Shown: piece by piece, positions 39,468 through 51,420 of the stretch
How the letters are laid out: the number at the start of each line of letters is the position of its first letter
Numbering within the stretch: the first letter of the stretch is position 1
Position numbers and translations under genes: made by a program
From: Takakia lepidozioides
Lineage: Eukaryota; Plantae; Bryophyta
Length of the DNA: 64,000 nt
NCBI GenBank assembly: GCA_030704615.1
Contig: CM060733.1
Coordinates: 60,512,001 to 60,576,000, forward strand
Direction: 5' to 3'
The notes under the pieces: model-generated
Told to the model about the DNA's origin: nothing
Seen by the model: only the letters and a program-made list of their open reading frames with translations
Database searches by the model: none

Positions 39468-39999
39468 GTCAGTAAAGGAAATGGTAATTCCCTGATGTGC
39501 AGGGAGCCTGACAACAATAACCATTTTCTGATTCATTGTCCTGTGCTCTCTCAAGATGATAGGTGACCCTGTCACCAGAGCTCTCCTAGAAAGAAAGAAG
39601 GTCACCTCCCTTAGAATGCATGGGAATGGATGGGATATTGTTTTGATGATGATTCCTGAGTGGGCATGTCAACTTCAACAGATTATATGGGTACAGTTTA
39701 CATATCCTCTGTGCCCAGCACACTGTTTTGGACTCTGAACTCCTTGTATGAACTAGGTTTATGAATGGAGTAGAGGAAAGGATTGACTTGAATGTTACTC
39801 ACCTACAACTTTTGAGGTTCGAGTTTTGAGTCATGGCGGGGTTGAATGGATCACACTTCTTTGTTGGACATCCGACTGGTGACACCGATAAGTCCAACTT
39901 GACCACTGAGGCCATACTTCCATTGGTTTTGTGGGCACATGTGGCTTCCACATACCCTTGTGGGTATAGACAGACCCCACAACTGGCTCTTGGAGGGCT

Positions 40000-40765
40000 G
40001 ATATGACATGAAGAAATAACGTCCTCAGGATGACATGGCTGAAATCCCCAGCACATGGTGAATGAACCACGCAGCTGCGTAGTTTTGATGAATGAAGCAA
40101 GACACTACTCACACCCTCACATTGAAACCTGTCGGGTACCCTTCATGCTCCCACATTTGCTCATACATTCGAAAAGCATACCTACCGCAGCTATGCCGAC
40201 CATAACCTGCAATTATGCCCTCCATGATACCATATTTCTTTGAGCCATGTTGTCAAGAACTTGGCAAGCATCTACTAAGCTGCTGGACTTGCCATACATG
40301 TTCACAAGAGCAATTGCGAGGAGGACATCTCATGCAATTCTAGCTTTGTTGATATCAGCGTGGACCTCTTTGGCATTTTCCAGGGCTCCTAGGCTGGCAC
40401 ATGCTTCATAACAGCCATGAGTCTCACCCAGTTGGCTGTCACTCCTTCCCGTATCGCTTTGCCAAAACATCTCAAAAGCCTCCCACTGCATGCTTCACAT
40501 ATCCTGCCATCACTGCAGTCCACGTGACTACATCTTGCTCGGGCATCTTGTCAAGTGCTAGGTGTGCATCCACTATGCACACACTTGGTATACATGTTGC
40601 CAAGGGTTTGAGGTAGTTGCTTTGACTGAATCCAACTTGGATCATCCAGGGTTATTCAATTTCTTTCCCACTACAGCAAGAGTATCAGAGTATGCAGAAA
40701 CACCTAGTTTGTGCAAAAGGTGCAGTTCCTCTTTCAGTTATCCTCACATTCCGCAAGAGCCACTG
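40000..40765 (-). pseudogene. Degenerate PLS-class PPR paralogue directly downstream of the PPR gene
   Basis: Broken frames give LKEELHLL..GVSAYSDT, DKMPEQDVVTWTAVMAGY and MYGKSSSLVDACQVLDNMA, homologous to repeats in the adjacent gene; many frameshifts. Confidence 0.75.
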
Positions 40766-40929
40766 GGACTGTGCTAATGACGCCAAAGCAATGGCCAGTT
40801 GCTCCTCTTCCAAATCGTGCAATATGAAGAGCACATCAGGCACATACCATGCTACATCCGCCTAGTCAATATTTTTTCAGTTTGTGTAATTTGTCTTCTC
40901 CAACAGACGAAATGCACCTGATGGTTGAC

Positions 40930-43353
40930 CTATGCCCAGGCTCCTTTGGGATACCTGTTCTCCATCGACTTCCTTACATTTGCTTTCTCATCCCACCTTC
41001 CAGCTGCAATATAGATGTTTGATAGCTGCACATAAGCTGCCGCATTCTGGGGATCAATGTTCAGAATGTTTTTTGCTGCACGTTCTGCTGCTTCTACATC
41101 ACCATGAAGACTGCATGCACCCAGCAAGGCCCCCCACACGGAAGCATCTGCTTCAATTGGCATCCGCTTCATGAAGTTCTCTGCCTCAACCACCCGCCCT
41201 GCACGGCCAAGAAGGTCCACCATGCAGCCAAAATGCTCCATTATAGGTGTGAGGCCGTGATCTTGAATCATGGAATCAAAGTAGTGACAGCCTTCATCCA
41301 CCAAGCCCACATGGCTGCATGCAGAGAGAATAAACAGGAAGGTAATACCATCTGGCTTCAAACCTTCCTGTTGCATTCGTTCAAATAACTGAAGGGCTTC
41401 CCTACCACATCCATGGTGAGCACATCCTGCAATCATTACAGTCCATGACACCAAATCTCGTTCATCCATACAGTCAAACACCAGACGGGCATCATTTACA
41501 CTCCCACATTTGGCATACATGTTCACAAGGGTATTCTCCAAAGGAGTATATGAAACAATTCCACCTTTCCTGATGTCTGCATGGACCTTTTTGCCCTTTC
41601 CAAGGGCTCCAAGGGTGGCACATACGTTGAGAACACACATGTATGTGACCCTGTCAGGTGCCACCCCTTCCTGTTGCATTACCTCATACATCTCAACAGC
41701 CTCATGACCACGCCCATGCTGGGCATATCCTGCCAGGAGGGCATTCCATGAGACCACATCTCGTTCAGGCATATCATCAAAGACTTCATGTGCATCTTTC
41801 ATGCTCCCACACTTTGCATACATGTCGATCAATGTATTGTCTAGATTAATATGAAACACCATTCCAGCTTTCCTGATGTCACCATGGACCTCTTTGCCCT
41901 TTTCCAGGTCTTCTAAGCTGGCACACGCATTGAGAATGCCAATAAAAGTGATGTTGTCAGGGGTCACCCCTTTCCGCTGCATTTGCTCATAAAACTCAAA
42001 AGCCTCCCTACAACATCCATGCTGCACATATCCTCCAATCATGGCATTCCAGGAAACCACATTTCTTTCAGCCATATTATCAAAAACTTGACATGCGTCC
42101 TTTATGCTCCCACATTTGGCATACATGTCCAGAAGTGCAGTCTCCAGCATGATATCTTGAGCAATTTGAGCTTTCATGACAGCTGCATGGACCTGTTTGC
42201 CCTTTTCCAGTGCACCTAGGCTTGTACATGCATTAAGAATGCAAACAAACGTGATCTTGTTGGGTATCACTCCTTCCCGTTGCATTTGCTCATACATATC
42301 AAAGGCCTCCCTACCACACCCAAGCTGAGCATATCCAGTGATCATGGCGTTCCAGGACACCACATTTGGTTTTGCCATGTTCTTGAACACTCGCAGTGCA
42401 TCCGTCATGCTCCCACATTTAGCATACATATCAGCAAGGGCAGTCTCCAATACTATATCTGGATCAATTTTAGCTTTAATGATGTCAGCATGGACCTGTT
42501 TGCCCTTTCCTAGGGCTCCTAGGCTGGGACATGCATTGAGAACACAAATGTATGTGACGGCATTTGGTGTCACCCCTTCCCGTTGCATTTGTTCATACAT
42601 CTCAAATGCCTTCCTAGCCCACCCATGCTGGGCGTACCCTGCAATCATAGAATTCCATGAGATAGCATCTCGTTCAGCCATATTGTTGAACACATGATGC
42701 GCCTCCTTCATACTCCCGCATTTGGCATACATATCGACAAGAGTATTCTCCAAATTTATATACGACCCGATTCCAGCTGTCACAATATCAGAATGGACCT
42801 GCTTGCCTTTCTCCAGGGCTCTTACTCTGGCACAGGCATTAAGAATTCCAATAAATGTGATACTGTTGGGGATCACTCCTTCCCGCTGCATTTTTGCATA
42901 GATCTTGAAAGCTTCCCCACCATAGCCATGCTTGGCATATCCTGCTATCATTGTATTCCAGGTAAAAATGTCTAGTTCAGGCATTTTGTCAAACACTTGG
43001 CGTGCATCCACCACACTTCCACATTTGCAATACATGTTAACAAGGGTGTTGAACAGGAAGATGTTTGGCTTGAATCCACTCTGGATAATGTGTGCATGCA
43101 CCTGCTTGCCCTCTGCTAGGCTTTTCAGGCTGATGCACTCCTGTAAGACATAGACGTAAGTATCCGAGTCTGCTCGAATGCGTCCTTGGTTCAATAGGCG
43201 CAGCGCCTCTTTCAGGCGTCCTGCATTACACAGTATCCTCATGTCTCTGCTGCTCGGCGTCCAGAAGCAGTGATAGGCGGAGGCCTTATTCACCGTATGT
43301 AGGTGAATGAGTGCGGTTTGGGTTGAGATTCCCCAACATAAACCTGCCTGCAC
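40930..43353 (-). CDS. PLS-class pentatricopeptide repeat protein with E domain (organellar RNA editing factor family); true start uncertain
   Basis: Repeated NTLVDMYAKCGS / DVVSWNAMIAGY / PNxITFxxILNAC triplets, then HFGCMVDLLGRAG, VWGALLGAC and AAYVQLSNIY (E1/E2); single long ORF. Confidence 0.95.
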   Translation of the reverse strand: MQAGLCWGISTQTALIHLHTVNKASAYHCFWTPSSRDMRILCNAGRLKEALRLLNQGRIRADSDTYVYVLQECISLKSLAEGKQVHAHIIQSGFKPNIFLFNTLVNMYCKCGSVVDARQVFDKMPELDIFTWNTMIAGYAKHGYGGEAFKIYAKMQREGVIPNSITFIGILNACARVRALEKGKQVHSDIVTAGIGSYINLENTLVDMYAKCGSMKEAHHVFNNMAERDAISWNSMIAGYAQHGWARKAFEMYEQMQREGVTPNAVTYICVLNACPSLGALGKGKQVHADIIKAKIDPDIVLETALADMYAKCGSMTDALRVFKNMAKPNVVSWNAMITGYAQLGCGREAFDMYEQMQREGVIPNKITFVCILNACTSLGALEKGKQVHAAVMKAQIAQDIMLETALLDMYAKCGSIKDACQVFDNMAERNVVSWNAMIGGYVQHGCCREAFEFYEQMQRKGVTPDNITFIGILNACASLEDLEKGKEVHGDIRKAGMVFHINLDNTLIDMYAKCGSMKDAHEVFDDMPERDVVSWNALLAGYAQHGRGHEAVEMYEVMQQEGVAPDRVTYMCVLNVCATLGALGKGKKVHADIRKGGIVSYTPLENTLVNMYAKCGSVNDARLVFDCMDERDLVSWTVMIAGCAHHGCGREALQLFERMQQEGLKPDGITFLFILSACSHVGLVDEGCHYFDSMIQDHGLTPIMEHFGCMVDLLGRAGRVVEAENFMKRMPIEADASVWGALLGACSLHGDVEAAERAAKNILNIDPQNAAAYVQLSNIYIAAGRWDEKANVRKSMENRYPKGAWA

Positions 43354-46300
43354 TTCGGAAGAATCAACTCCCGTACAAACTCATGAACACCGAATTGCAT
43401 AGAGTCCACACCCACAGCTGGAAAAGAAACATCTAGTTGTGACAGATTTAGAGCCATAAGTATGAACGTCGATTACAAATCACCAGACAGATACACTTAC
43501 CGACGAAGAAGGGTACGAGAGATAGTGATTTTTGAGCACGACCCAAAACGGAGAAGGAGGGCAATGTGCGGGTATGCAGGAGTGCAGCCCCTTGTCCACA
43601 CTTCCTTCGGAATCTCTGCCATCTTTTCTTCCAAAAATCTCTTCCTCCCTCCCTGCTTGCTTTCATATCAACGTAGATGAATCCCCTGTGGCCTTCCTGC
43701 AGGATCTTCTCTGCAGCATGCAAGCTGCATCGTTTGCCCATGTTTTGCCCTGTGCAGCCAACCAGAAGGAAAAAGAGAGGAATACTTGGAAATTTCAAGA
43801 AGAATGGGTTCCGCACACGCGCGGTTTGAGAGTCTGAATGCTGCCTTTAACCCCACTTGAGCTGCCAGCCTCGCCTTCACTCTCCCCACGTACACAGGCA
43901 GCTGCACGAATACAGCTTCCATCTTCCAATCGCTTCCACCATAGGACGACTGGAATGCGCCCCCCCAACTGACGCCCACCAACGCCAACAACGAACGGTG
44001 ACTAAAGTCAACGGACGTGGAACGACGATGGCAAACGCAGATGAATGAGCGACAGCAGGAAACCATTCTCAACCATCTCAGCAGCTGGAGGTACAATTCA
44101 GTCCAGAAAACATTGTCCTGCTGGCTTGAATCACGAGCCTTCTTAAACAACAATCTTCGCATCATAGAGGAAGATTGTATCACCTTATTTAGTGTCCCAC
44201 CATTGTGATTAAGGATCTGAGACTACCTCGTGCCAGAGTCGTTCTATGCTCATGTGTGCAAGAAGATGAGAACTTTGACACCTGCCGATTGACAGTTTCA
44301 CTGCCTCATTTATCAGAGGAAGAACATAAAAATCCAGATATTCCATGTGCAACATACTAAAGGTAGGGCGGCCACCAAGCCTGGCACACTGCTGGATACT
44401 ACTCACATTCCTTCACAGCAGTTGTGGTAACACACTCTGTCGGAGAATATGAACACCCATCTTGAAACTCAAATGTAGTTCCTTCACACCAGAGCCACGG
44501 CGTGACATGCATTGACCATGGCAGGGCGGGGAATCTAATTGCAAAATGGCAGTCCTCACCTCTTTTGTGGCAAGCTTTCGTCTCCACCATAGCCTTGTTT
44601 GCACGAAACCCTGACATCTTCCACTCCATGTCTTGCATTATGTGTGGATTCACAGTTTTTGTTTGCTTTTGTGAGAAATACAGTAAACTTAATCAAAGGC
44701 CATTGAATGTTCTCTCGTCCTCAAGACAGGCAAATACTTTGCACAAGAGCAAGAGAGAAAGACTGCGGCCGAAGCCAGAGTAAATAAGAGCCGATTGGGA
44801 GGGGACAGCAGGGTACTGGCCCAGGCTAAGTATCGGAGGTGGGCTCTGTGAACAAGCGAGCAGTATGAAATAATTTTAGAATTCTTGAGCACTTGGTACA
44901 ATGAATGAAAGAATGTGAGGCCATAGACTCATAGTGCTCATAGACATGTAGCGAGGCATATCGCTCTCCATCTCGCATCCAAACCTTTTTTCTTGGCAAG
45001 GATCAAAGAAGAAACTTTTGGTCAACAGACGTGAAATGGAGTCACGCTTTTAGCATGTCTTGATTGTGGACAAATGCCAATTAGAACACAGTAGATCTCA
45101 AGGCATGAGTCTTCCAAATCTGTCTAGGTAAATAATTGATCCCGCTGCATTCATGAAAAGCATGTGAGATGGAAACTGATCTTGCAACTCGTCAATCAAG
45201 TTTATGTACGCCTGAGTGCTCTCCTTTCACTGTCCCCAGCTTTACAGACTCACTGATCTTTTCATTGATGCCATTGTTCTACAGTAGTACTCTCAACTGA
45301 AGTCTAGATAACCTTGGCTGCGCTCTGCTGCTGCGGTAACGGTAGTCAACATGTCCAGACTATTTTTCATGCAGACTGCTGAAGTCCCTGCAGTATTTGT
45401 AAAGAGCCATGCATGCCAAAGTCCGTTGCTAATACAAACAGTCTTGAACGTTGCAGTTTCATAATAGTCGTGTCCCCAATCCTGAACGGTTTGTCTCTCC
45501 CTCTCCCTTTTTCCCTTCGAACCACATGTACTTAGAACTACCCTCTTCCGATACTCCATTTTGACCCGCCATGATTGAAGAGGGCAGTATCATCATTGAA
45601 CGGTTGAAGGAAGAAGACTCTTCCCTTTCCTGTCTTACATGGCAATCTACTTATCTCTCTGTTCTGCTAGACCTAGCTCGATAGCTCTCCCCCCTATTCC
45701 AGCGAGCAGTTTAGACTAACGGGTGGGACAAAGTCTGACAAGTATACTTCTGATGTAAACCCCTAAGTCGGCGGTGCTCCTGGACGCCCTTCCGGTACTA
45801 GACGTGGATTGGGTCTACCAACTGGAACATGAGGCTTCCAGTCCAACACTTTAGCTGTTTCGAGGTCACGACGCATTGTGTGCCATCTCTGCTTCTCCAA
45901 TCAAACAAACATGGAATGCTTAGTTCCATTGATCCATCATGTGAATATGAGGACAAGTTGAAATCCACATATGAGTCGATCAAATGCATCATATCGGGCT
46001 TTAAAATCTGGGTAATTCCCAAGGTTTCACATTTCTTCAGTTGCACACAGACCTCATCGTGTATCAGACGACTGAACATGATCTCGATTATAAATTTGAA
46101 GGAAGTATTGGAGTATCTATTAGTACGTGCGGGATCATGGTCTGTAGACTCACTTCTATGCAGAAACAGCGGAACTAGTTTTTGGGGTGCTTGTACTCAC
46201 AGATTCTAGCACCGAGTTCCTCACCAGAGTTCTTGGAAGTCTGGGGCTGACAGGTGCACACTTATCGGATAATTCCCCGTCATCTGATGCAAAACCTGCA

Positions 46301-46900
46301 GGCACCAATAGGAGCAATAGGATTGAGGATTTCCAGTGGAACTGTGGCAACCTGCCAAATTGACTAAAGGCAAGTTCGCTGAATAGTGAAGTAGATCATA
46401 CACTCGGAAAGCATTTGAACAGTGAGTACTCCATCGCTGAAGGCTTGTTCCACTAGCTCGCCTGGACTTACTCGACATACATGTATGTATAACAAACATT
46501 TGAGTGTGGATTTCCAAATTATTTTCGTGATGCCAAGCAATGCCGGAACCTTTTCTTCGAATGTTGAACAACACAGCTGTCCAAGCATTTTCAGCCTGTC
46601 TACTCAAAAATTGGCTCTTTCAAGCGTGGGCTTTGTTTGCCACTGATCTATCCATCATCATGGAGGAGAGAGGGGCATGAATCCATGCGTGTGTACCTCG
46701 AAGGTGCAAGCAAAGAAGGTGGCGTCCTGATGGAATAGCAGATATTAAAGTAAAACCCAAGCAAATCAGGATTGCCAGAACAAGTAGCTCGAGCACCAGC
46801 CGCAATGGCCTTGACGGTGCAGATAGAAATTGTGCTTGCGAGCTCGGCATCGCAATGTATCCACTATCTCCCGACAAAAGCCTTAATAAGAGGGGCTATT

Positions 46901-47322
46901 CCCCCGAAAGGGGGCAGTCACGTAGCCGTAAGGCGAAGTGACTCTTACTTATGCCGGTCCACTCACCGGACTCTTCTCTCTTCCTCTATGGAGCACAACA
47001 TGTAATAAATACCTAACCCAGGGGATCATTCGCCTCAGAAGAAAATTCACCATATATCCTAACTGGATCCACAAACAACCTTCTGACATGGTCCACACTG
47101 TCTTGCATTTGGTGGGGTCGAGAGAAGAGAAAACATGAGTCTCACCTACGTACTTATTACGCGCCGCCATAGCCGTGCTTCCTGTGGAGCGTTGACAATG
47201 TGGGTCACAGATATGTGGCCGGCATGTTGACCAGCGACTTCCCAGCTGCACCCTGCACTCATTCTACTGTTGCCTGCTCGATAGCGGCGCCGCAAGTAGC
47301 CCCACAGCAAGTAAGTTGTCAG

Positions 47323-47357
<35 letters not shown>

Positions 47358-48172
47358 GATCTGCCAAGAGGGCAACGAGCCCCCGGTCCCAGGGCCTCCC
47401 CCTGCGTAAAGAAACAGAAAGGGCATATAAGGTGCCATCCTCTCCAACTAAGGAATCATAAATCATGGCCGGGTATTAAAGGTAAAGATAGATGGATGCC
47501 AGACCGCTTGTAAACCTCAGGTGGAACCTTAAGTTAGTGCTAAGAGCATCTCCACCGGGGGTCCCTAAGTTAAATGCCCCGGCAACGGCAAAAGGAGCCT
47601 CCCGGGCCGTGCTTTCCTGGAGGATACAGGCCCTCTAGGCCCGGCTGGTACCTGCTGGAGCGACTAAAAAACACGACTACCGCATTTAAGGCGTGAGGTT
47701 AAGGCGGCGTCTGTCCAGGTGGTCGACATGTGCAGGGTAGTTTGATGGGGTTGCCGCTAGGGGAGGGGAGTGTTGGAGGCCGCAAGAGGTTACCTGTTGC
47801 AGTGTTGTTTGGTGTATCCCGGTGGAGATGCTCTTAGCGTCCTTCCATGGCAGAAGAAAGAGTTTGTCAGGTGCTAAAAAACAATGGTTGGTTCACTCGA
47901 GCATTTCCAATGTCATGTGGAGCTCGGCGGTCGGGTAATAGTTTTGTGCTTTAGCATGACGTGGTAGAGGGTATTACAGGTATGAGTGACTTTAGCAGGC
48001 AAGTACATGCTGCAATCAATTCACGGTACTCGGGACAAGACCATTTTATCGGGCTGCGCTAGGGAACGTCCACCGGCGGGGCGTACTTAGAGAGAGAGAG
48101 AAGACGCAAGCCCAAGCCGGCGGCGTAACTAAGAGCCACTTCACCTTGCAGCTACTGCCCCCTTTCGAGGGT
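46901..48172. repeat. Pair of ~55-bp inverted repeats (46901-46958 and ~48118-48172)
   Basis: ccgaaagggggcagt...aaggcgaagtgactcttacttatgccg versus the reverse complement of cggcgtaactaagagccacttcaccttgcagctactgccccctttcgagg. Confidence 0.65.
47544..47833. mobile_element. PIF/Harbinger (Tourist-like) MITE, short copy
   Basis: TIR gagcatctccaccggg ... cccggtggagatgctc, flanked by TAA and TTA. Confidence 0.85.
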
Positions 48173-48357
48173 GGGCCCTATTACCTAGCCATTTTTGTCC
48201 GTTTCCTCCCCTAAACAGTAGCCGGGTATATGGAAGGCTGCTCTAAGCATGGTACAGCAACGGAACGTTGGTGGTGGCCCTCTCACTCCACTCACTAGAG
48301 GCCTAAGAGTAGTACAAAATGGGCTAACAGTGGTGGTGGAGGCAGAGGCAGCCCTAA

Positions 48358-48986
48358 GAGCATCTCCACCGGAGATACACCAAACAACACTATATACAAC
48401 ATAAATTCCCGCTGCCTCCAACACTCCCCTCCCCAGTGGCAACCCCATCAAACTACCCCGCGCATGTCATTTTTTCTTATGTGCCTTGCTATGGAGGGCC
48501 CACTTGGCAGACACGGCCTTACCCTAATGCCATAAATGCACGCAGCCGTGCTTTTCAGTCTCTCCAGCACCGGGTTTTTTTTTTTCACTTTTCCAAAATC
48601 GCAAGCAGAGCGACATGTGTATTCTACCCAACGCCCATGTGGCGAAAGTAACGAGGTGACAAAGCTAGAAAAGAGGCTATATTACAGGTGTCATATTTTA
48701 ACAAGTCCACGTAGTACAAATCTGACTCCTGGTATTTAACCTTTGGCGCTTTCTGGTTGATCTTTATTCCCATAATTCCTTAGTAAAAGTAGCTGACCCA
48801 TTTTCCAAGTCGAAATCTGGCAATTTTTCACCAGATTTAAAAACACTACTCCAGCATGTACTGGCCGGGCTTAGTGGGCCCCGTATCTTGCACCAAAGTA
48901 CGGCCCCGGGGTACGGATACTAGGGCCGGGGGCTCCTTTGCCGTTGCCGTGGCATTTAGGGATCCCCGGTGGAGATGGAGATGCTC
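48358..48986. mobile_element. PIF/Harbinger (Tourist-like) MITE, longer copy in opposite orientation
   Basis: Same TIR (right one has an extra ggagat), TAA on both sides (48355-48357, 48987-48989); both ends are the reverse complement of the 47544 copy. Confidence 0.87.
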
Positions 48987-50626
48987 TAACCATGGCAGAA
49001 GAGGAAGCAATGCTAGTGGTGGGCCCTCCTACTCGACAGCAGATCTAAAGGAATAATAATGGCATCCCCACCCTCCTCACTGAAATGGCCCCTCTATCCG
49101 CGTTTGGAAGGGGTTGGTTTAGGTGCCTTGGTAGGTCTGTGAAGGGGTCGGCTGCTCGTAGCCACACCCTTGCGCTTGTTTACGGACTAGGTAATCGGCA
49201 AGAGGCCGGGTTACCGCATGTAGCTGAGCGCCAAATTCTGCCTTGTAAGCGGCACTGGGCGAGGCTTGTGGCTGCGCACAGGGCAGAATCAGCCCTACGT
49301 GGCCCTTTCACTGGCGTTAACAGTGTCTATGGCATATTCGGACCGTATTTCTATAGTATTTCTACGCCTTAATATATAGAGTGCAGGTTTCTATATTCCC
49401 GCGGTTCCTCATTTTTTTCGTGGTTTTATGCTATCTGTTAATGCTGGTCTCGATAGATTTGTGGAGCTGTTTTGTAGTTGAATTGTTGTGTTTCGATCAT
49501 GGCGGGTGGTTCACGTCATGCACTTAGCGACATCTTGAACAAACAACTGCAGGTGTTATTAGTGCATGCCGGTGGGAAGTCGGTTGTTGGCTCGAATTTG
49601 GATAATCATGCTTCTGTTTCGCATGAGATTGATGCTGCCACACCAATTGATGCTAATAAACCAATTATTGGAGAGGAGGACGACAACAATGATCTCGATG
49701 TGGCTTTTGCCGCTTACCAGGCCGAGAGCACTGGTATTGCTCCTTATGATGATCCTATGTTGGATGATATGTACAGTGCCTTTGATGCTACTTTTCTCGA
49801 TGGTGATGGTAGTGTTCCGGTTGCAGTGGAGGAGATCCCTAAATCTGATGTGATTGTTGCCGACCCTGACTGGATCCTGAATGGGACTAGAGATTTTAGC
49901 AACAGATTTATTGCTGCAAGAAGTGGCGATGGAGGAAATTCAAGATGCAGATTCTACTGGAGCTCTAGCTGCTGCTGCAAGAGACCAAGGCGTGGATTCG
50001 GGTAACTTGATAAGGAAGAGATTGACGAATTTTTTTAAATAAAGGCCGAGAAAGTCTCTTTACATGGAACGATGGGGACGTAATCGGTTTGAATCTTCGC
50101 GAAAACTCAATCCAGACGTGTGTATGGCTTCCATTGACTGAGATATTTACCAATCAGCTAGGGGAGGTTGTTGCGCTTCTTTTTTAATTCTTCATTCAGA
50201 TGCAGCGCACTGATGGAAAATTGTATCTAGGAGAAACCTTAGTGACGCTACTGCGAGCAATTGGCCGCATCATTTATCAAGTGAGGCTTGAGGCCAATTC
50301 TATCGAACTAAGAGGAATGCTAGAACGTGAGCCTGTGAGTCTGTGAGCCTGGGTAGGCTCACGTTTCGACACACAATTTCTCGGGCCCATAACCGCAGAC
50401 TGGTACCTATTACCGCATACACACGCCCATTTCCACGAATATGTGCATATTATGACAAGGAGACCCTCATTTTTTCCAATCACAGTGCACAAAAATATGA
50501 ACAAAACACAGCGCTCCAAAAGGTAATGCTACCAAGGTCGTCAACGATTGTAGTTCCCCGCACTTACAAACATTGTAACTTGTCGGCATAAGTTTTATTT
50601 TATTTTATTTTTATTTCTTAGTATAC

Positions 50627-50870
50627 GTCCATTTGCCTCGATCGTTAACGATTATGGATGGCCTCATGCAGCTAAGGCCCAAAAAAAAAAAAAAAAAAAA
50701 ACCAATTATATTTCTATAGTTTTATTTTACACCAATTTGTCCAATTGCCTCGATCGTTAATGATCGTGGATGGCCTTGTGCAGTTTATTTTTTTTATTAT
50801 TTTTTTCCCCACCTTGTATTCATCCATTTGCCTCGATCGTTGATGGCCTCATGCAGCTAAGGCCCAAAGA
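50627..50870 (+). repeat. Three dispersed ~50-bp direct repeats separated by A/T tracts
   Basis: tccatttgcctcgatcgtt...gatggcctcatgcagctaaggcccaaa at ~50627, ~50740 (diverged) and ~50822. Confidence 0.8.
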
Positions 50871-51154
50871 CAAACATAAAAAATATTATTTTTTATTATT
50901 TTTATTATTTATATACGTGCATCTCATTTTACAATAATTGGGACGTTATGGCGCACGCCAAGCTGACCGGTGGGCCCCGTGCACGGACGCCCGACTCCCC
51001 CCACCCGCCGCACGCGCGGTCGCTCAGCTGCTGCCCCGGCCCACAAGCCGCGCCCGCGGCAATCCCGTCCCCAGTCCGCCCGCCAGTCCGCTGCCCGTGA
51101 GTCCAGTTCCCCTCAGTCCACCAAATCGCCAGTCCATAGAGCCCACCCAATCTG

Positions 51155-51420
51155 GCATCCAACAGACTCTTGCCCACCAGACTCTTTCCCAGCAAACTTC
51201 CATCCAGCACAGTCTTGGCCACTAGACTCACAGTCAGCACAGTCTTGTCCAGCACACTCCCATGTACCAGACTCTCGTCCAGCATACTCCCAGCCAGCAG
51301 ACTGCTTTGTAGACTCCCAGCCAGTGGACTGCCACCCAAAAGATGCCCATCCACCACAGTGCTGTCCAGCGGACTCCAAGCTAGCAAACTCCCATTGAGC
51401 GGACTCCCAGCCAGCAGACT
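51155..51420 (+). repeat. Degenerate 15-bp-unit minisatellite
   Basis: Recurring ccagcagact/ccagcacagt/cccagccagc units; all overlapping ORFs show 5-residue periodicity. Confidence 0.75.

Noticed and set aside
50627-50870. Spaced direct repeats resembling a CRISPR array
   Set aside because: Only three diverged units, low-complexity A/T spacers of unequal length, eukaryotic context and no cas genes.
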